In this document: positions 57,981-64,000 of the stretch, piece by piece
Numbering within the stretch: position 1 is the first letter of the stretch
How the letters are laid out: each line of letters opens with the position of its first letter
Assembly (NCBI GenBank): GCA_951406725.2
Contig: OX597834.1
Coordinates: forward strand, 45,260,001-45,324,000
From: Octopus vulgaris
Lineage: Eukaryota
Length of the DNA stretch: 64,000 nucleotides
Direction: 5' to 3'
Notes under the pieces: model-generated
Databases searched by the model: none
What the model was told of the DNA's origin: nothing
The model's input: only the letters and a program-made list of their open reading frames with translations
Program-made: the position numbers and the translations under genes

Positions 57981-58543
57981 ATAATAAGAATAAACAAAAG
58001 CAATAATTAGTTAAAAAGCAGTTCCATAAACCATATACATATCCATCATGTATATTGCTAATAGTGAAAATTCTTCAGATATAGAAACAAAATTGTTTTA
58101 TACTCATACTTTTACATTCTTAGTATCTATTAGACCGACACTCTTCTTTGATATTTCCAAATAGATATTCCTTGGTGGATTGTTTCCAAGAATTTCAGCA
58201 GATCAGCATCTCGCACCAGCTGCGAGGTGGTTCCTGCGCAATGAAGTAACTACACGCAGAGAAAATTGAAGTTGGAGGTTAGAACAATTTTCTGCATTTC
58301 CTTTACTAACGAACTCGAGAATTTTAGACGTTTATTCAATGTAGCTACATAATTGTGTAGCTATATTCTCCTATCACGAATATTCAGACAGGAGAAACAG
58401 AAAGACAAATATTTACGTTAGCTGTTTGGGTGCGCATTTGTGCGTTTGCGTGTGACTTTGTGTTTGAACAATTACATACATATAGATCGTAGGCATATTA
58501 CGCACGCACACACATACATACGTATATATATATATATATATGT

Positions 58544-58767
58544 TTTGCAGTATGGATATACAATAGAAATACAAAATGGCTGACTGTTAGTGAGGAGAGA
58601 CACAAATAAGAAAGCAAAGGACCACTGATGCGGTCACAGGAATCTGGCCGAAATAAGATTAAGATTAATGTAAAAAATAAATACCACTGAAGCAAAGTAA
58701 CAACAAATATATAGTGCATGTGTTTTTATTGGCTAAACTGGCAAAATGACCATTCCGAAATACAACA

Positions 58768-58800
<33 letters not shown>

Positions 58801-58803
58801 CAT

Positions 58804-58839
<36 letters not shown>

Positions 58840-58925
58840 TTTATGTGTATATATATATATGTATATATATTGGCAAAAATGGTAAGATAACAAAAGAAAG
58901 AAAGAGACCTCAATATTATGTAGAT

Positions 58926-58956
<31 letters not shown>

Positions 58957-59018
58957 CTACATACATACTCACTCATAAGCACATATATAATAGATAAGAT
59001 TTGCAGTATGGATATACA
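58544..59018 (+). mobile_element. Probable PLE-derived segment with two variant hammerhead-like cores, bounded by a 19-bp direct repeat
   Basis: ccaCTGATGC-ggtca..tggcc-GAAAT at 58625-58654; ccaCTGAAGC..ccGAAAT at ~58687-58761; tttgcagtatggatataca at both ends. Confidence 0.45.
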
Positions 59019-59923
59019 TTTCTGCATATTTATTTATAACAACTTACGTGTTACATACATACATTTCACACACTCACGCACCACCCCCCACACACATAAA
59101 TATTGTTATATCCTTACGCCTCCAATATTGCGTCTACCCTCAACGGGGCAGGACGTCTCCCATTTTTATCCATAGTTTGCCCTATGTACCAGATCTGAGG
59201 CAAAAATAATTCGCATTCTCCTTCAGTTTAGCCAGGCATATCAAATATCAGAAGAATTTATTGGTTTATATTACCTATATCAAAAACAAAGTTACTTCAA
59301 CAGGCAAATAAATAAACCTACGGGTTATTAATATATCAATGTTAATCAAAAATGGAAAAACAAAAAACAAAGCAATAAATTTAACAATTATAAATTCAAT
59401 TCAATTCTAATATTTTATACAAACAAATTATATAAATCTTATAAATTACAGCTGTTTCCGTTTCCTTCATAAACGAAGTTTTTCAAGAATAATCGAATCC
59501 GTTTGAATTTGTAATGATGCTTCAGCAGATTAACATACCTGCGAAAATAACTGACGAAGAATATCCAATGGAAATATTTATAATTTCTAAATCTTTACAG
59601 AGACGCTATATGATCGAGCTTACTCATGAATAAGTAAATAATCTAACTGAAAGTTGGTAAATTCATAACATTAAATCTATAATCATTCCGTTCTATAATC
59701 GGTTTATTGGTACAAAACAGACGTTTATGTATGCATATATTTATATACACACACATACACACCTGTCATTTAAGTATGCATACATACACACACAAATCCA
59801 TACGTATACACATATGCATATACGTATACACAGGTTTATATATATATATATATCCTTAATCCTTAAAAATGTTTTAGCCCGAATGCCGCGGCCAGGTTGG
59901 GGCACCACCGCTGAAAAAATTAT

Positions 59924-59996
59924 AGGTACCAGCGAGTTTCCAACTCACGACCTTCTGCATGTTAAGCAGATGTGATAACCACTACACCATGGAACC
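59924..59996 (-). tRNA. tRNA-Val(AAC)-like gene, probably a pseudogene
   Basis: GGTTCCA TG GTGT AGTGGTTA TCAC A TCTGC TTAACAT GCAGA AGGTC GTGAG TTGGAAA CTCGC TGGTACC T folds as a 73-nt cloverleaf; T6 tract just downstream. Confidence 0.85.
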
Positions 59997-61053
59997 ATAT
60001 ATATAAACATATATTAATTTTTTACAATTTACATACATATACAATTCATACACACATGTATCTATTTAAATTTATTTGATATATATATATTAAATCAAAA
60101 CTACAAATTTTTAATTCGACTATTAGAATGTAGGGGCGGTAAATATTTTTTCCGTTTATATAAACAAACGAAAAACAAAATCAATTCGATACGGTCAACG
60201 AAAAAAATCCTTTAAATATATACATACATCAAAGTAATACAAAGCAAGCGAAATGTCCCACATCCTAATAACGAGCCAAAACAACAACAAATTAAATAAG
60301 ATATATACCCCACTATTTCCATACTCCCAGATATATACACATATATATGCCTTTATTTATCGATACTTATAAACCAACGCGAAAAGCGAAACAAAATATA
60401 TACGAGCATAGAAAAATAAATTATATATACATCACAACCAAAATGATATCACGCCAGCTTAATTCAATTCGTCCTTAGTCTGTAAAACACCTGTTGTTAT
60501 GTCCTGTTAATTACCTTTGTAGTTGTGTGCCATTTCTCTGTCTTTTTCCGTCCTTGTCTTCCTATACAATCGCTGCTTCCTTCCAAGGAATCTAATGCTC
60601 TTAGCTTAGTTTTTCCTTGGGTCCGGCAAGATTGTAGCAATCTCGAGTATAACCAGCAGAAATTGCAAATATAATCTTGAACTCTACTGAAGATAGAAAA
60701 CTCCGAATGACCCGTCCTTGGTTTCTTTGAGTTGTCCGTCTGGCTATTTTTGTTGTCCCATTTTTGTATCTCCAAACTCTGTACGTTTTGCGTTTTTGTC
60801 CCATTTTGTATTTTCTATATATAAAACATATAGTGACGTACGTACACTTTGCTGTCTGATATATATATATAAAAATTACTTAATACAGTTTATAAGTATA
60901 AAGCGGATTTTTAAAAAATTATCTTTTAAATGAGAGTTATCATAGCCTTTAAGATGTTTCTCTCCTTACTGGAACAAATCTTTTATGTAGTGCGTGTGTG
61001 TGTATGTGTAGGAGAGAGAGAGAGAGAGATAGTGATAAATAGATAGATAGATT

Positions 61054-61113
<60 letters not shown>

Positions 61114-61529
61114 TGCGTAGATGTATGTAGTGATATGGTGTGTACATTTGTGAATATCTTATTCCTTCGGAGTAGATCCTCTATGGTATATGCGTGCGTT
61201 TCGTCTGTATGGTAATCAGCACATGCAACAACGTGAAACATACGCACAAAATGACAGTCATACACACTGTTTCACACACACACACACACACGCGCGCGCA
61301 TACAAATTAATGTACCTATATAAACATACATAGAAACGTCCATTCATGCATAATAACAGGCAGACGCACATAAATATTTCTTTGTTGTTAAATATATGGA
61401 GACCGACAGCCCTAAAGCTCACGACTGTTCTCGGTAAATACATCGAACGGAAGACAATGGCGGGGAAGCAGGCATTACCGTAAGGTATAATAAAGAGAAC
61501 AAATGCACAACACACTGCCGTCAGATCTC

Positions 61530-61563
<34 letters not shown>

Positions 61564-61903
61564 CTTTTTTTCCGGTCTCTTCCTTCTCCATCCCACCGTC
61601 TTTATCTCTCTCTTCTATCTGCATCTATAGCGCGAGCTGTCATTTTGCATTTTTTGCAAATCTATATTTTTTTCCCCTTTTCTCCACATAATAGTAAACG
61701 TACAATTACCTCTCGTATCTCTACCTAGATGCAACGCACTAACATAGAAAGCAAACACAGAAACACACCTATATGAAGGTACCAGCATACATATACATGC
61801 ATAAAAGTACATAAACATATGGATAAATAGTTCTGTACATACATCATACATATTCATATAACTATATACACTTAACTGAGCTTATGTAAGAATATAAGAT
61901 ATA

Positions 61904-61935
<32 letters not shown>

Positions 61936-62895
61936 AGACATATGTATGCTTATATATTTGTGTATGTGTGCATTTAGATATAAACATACGTGCATCCATA
62001 TTTACACGAGGTGAATTACTTTTCTTTTAGACATATATACCTCTTGCAGTAACTATTACGTAAATGCAGAACATACGCACATATATACACGGTACCTGCA
62101 TTATATATCTGTATATACGCATACATAATTATATGCCAATATGCCTGCACACACACGTAAAAAAATGCTCGAGAAAACTAGAAAGAATGATACTCGATAG
62201 GCCAAAACAGGAGGAATAGTTGAGGGCTGGTTTTGCCGACATAGCTTCGTGATAATAGATATCTTAAACAAGATTAGTAATGGATTTGTTTACATCAAAG
62301 CAAAAACTGAGCAGCAGTGTTTGATCTGACTAAATTCAGCTTGAAATCTCGCTCGATATTGAATTATCCATTAAATAACACGACTTTGTAATATGAATTT
62401 GCTGTTTACGCTACTGAATAGGGTAATTACATGCGCTAATACTATTTCGCTGCTTAATTTCGATGATGGCGTGTTTGATATGTAAAAACAACTAGCTCTG
62501 AAGCGGCAACGTACCTTGCTCGCTAGATTGTCGTACACGTGAATTTGACGTATGAATCTCGTAGAAGCATGTAAAATTTAAGATGAATGGTCTTAACGTT
62601 GATATCTATCTTAAACAGATCTCTGCTAGATAACATGTCACTTCGGATGACAGATTTACGAATCATATCACTGTTCTCAACTTCCAACCGAGTATATCTA
62701 TTGAGGAAATAGTTTAGGGTTATGTTAAATAGAAAGGCCTGCGTTCAAAATATATTCCCTCGTTATTAGAAAATTCTGTTTCGAATACTCTTGGAATGTT
62801 TTACCCTTCGAAACCTCTAATATCTAAACGATGATTGTTTTTATTGTTAATCTTATCCTCTTCCTCCTTTCCTACCTTCCTCGTCCTCTCTCTCA

Positions 62896-62954
<59 letters not shown>

Positions 62955-63000
62955 TTTCGTCAGCATTATTATGATCATCATATAATAATAATATTAAGCT

Positions 63001-63173
63001 GGCGAGCTTCTACAATGGTGAACGTATTGGAAAAATGCTTGGCGGCATTTCTTCCAGCTCTTTAACTTCTAAATTCAACTTTCTGTTCAATCCTTTCGTA
63101 GTCGTAAAGTTAAATACCGGTTGAGCACTGTGGCGGTGTAATTGACTATCTCCTCCCCTACAATCCAGGCCTT
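63001..63173 (+). mobile_element. Degenerate Meta-domain-like SINE
   Basis: ggcgagct..aaatgcttggcggcatttc..atcctttcgtagtcg. Confidence 0.7.
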
Positions 63174-63174
63174 C

Positions 63175-63503
63175 AGTGTTTCATTGGTACCTATTAATAT
63201 ACCCTGAAAGGATAAAACAGAGAGTCGACCTCAGAGGAATTTGAACTCAGAACGTAGTGGCAGATGAAATACCTATTTCTTTCTACCCACAAGGGGCTAA
63301 ACACAGAGAGGACAAACAAGGACAGACAAACGGATTAAGTCGATTATATCGACCCCAGTGCGTAACTGGTACTTATTTGATCGACCCCGAAAGGATGAAA
63401 GGCAAAGTCGACCTCGACGTAATTTGAACTCAGAACATAGCGGCAGACGAAATACCGCTAAGCATTTCGCCCGGTGTGCTAACGATTTTGACAGCTCGCC
63501 GCC
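63175..63503 (-). mobile_element. Young Meta-domain-like SINE with tandem partial second unit
   Basis: Near-identical to the reverse complement of 46994-47257, including the tail-to-internal junction. Confidence 0.9.
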
Positions 63504-64000
63504 TCAAAACAGCCAATAACAATGGAAATCATAATTTCTTTGCCATCTCCAAGTAACATACGAGTATCATATTCTGTTTTATGTTATGGATTTGGCAGTT
63601 TCTGGTGCAATGTATTTGGTCCTGAGCCACAATCAACTATTCTTCAATCTACATATATATTCCTCACCTTGAAACACATGCAGAGATCTTCTTTCGCGGC
63701 ATGTTTGCCCCTTATCGGTCTGTAAACATCGGAAACACTCTGGGCAAAATGTTAGCCATCACAATCCACAACTGCATTTCCAATCTTGCTCTTTCCCTTT
63801 TCTTTTAATCATATTTGTTTTTCGCTATATTTATTTGTGAGAAACGTCTGTTAAATCCGTCTTTAAGTTTACTTTACTTAACATTCAGTGTCTACTCTTC
63901 TAGATATAAATATATTAAAATTTTAATTGCTGGAACATTTTGCATAATTTCACAGCATCTCTACTGACTTGACGCAACGCATTTTCCTTAAACATATCTA

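Noticed and set aside
60497-60825. Repeat-like segment with 92- and 67-aa ORFs
   Set aside because: No recognisable protein motif and no second copy in the window; probably a repeat but cannot be supported here.
1-64000. Many 60-310 aa ORFs rich in YI, CV, HT or poly-I/L/H/S
   Set aside because: They are translations of microsatellites that lack stop codons; no domain signal.

Overview
AT-rich, microsatellite-dense eukaryotic DNA that looks intergenic or intronic. The SINE families look like those of a coleoid cephalopod, probably Octopus; this is recognised from memory, not searched. No intact protein-coding gene is supported, and almost all listed ORFs are translations of simple repeats. 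Supported content: three tRNA-derived SINE families (CORE/OR-like, Meta-domain-like, CORE+V-like), two mariner remnants, two R4/Dong-like RT remnants, a Penelope GIY-YIG remnant and a tRNA-Val pseudogene. The most notable signal is about ten diverse hammerhead-ribozyme-like modules, typical of Penelope pLTRs and mostly abutting microsatellites. One has a fully canonical core (42253-42346, minus), one sits inside a 125-bp palindrome (57311-57435), and one lies just downstream of a tRNA-like Pol III cassette (18518-18705).
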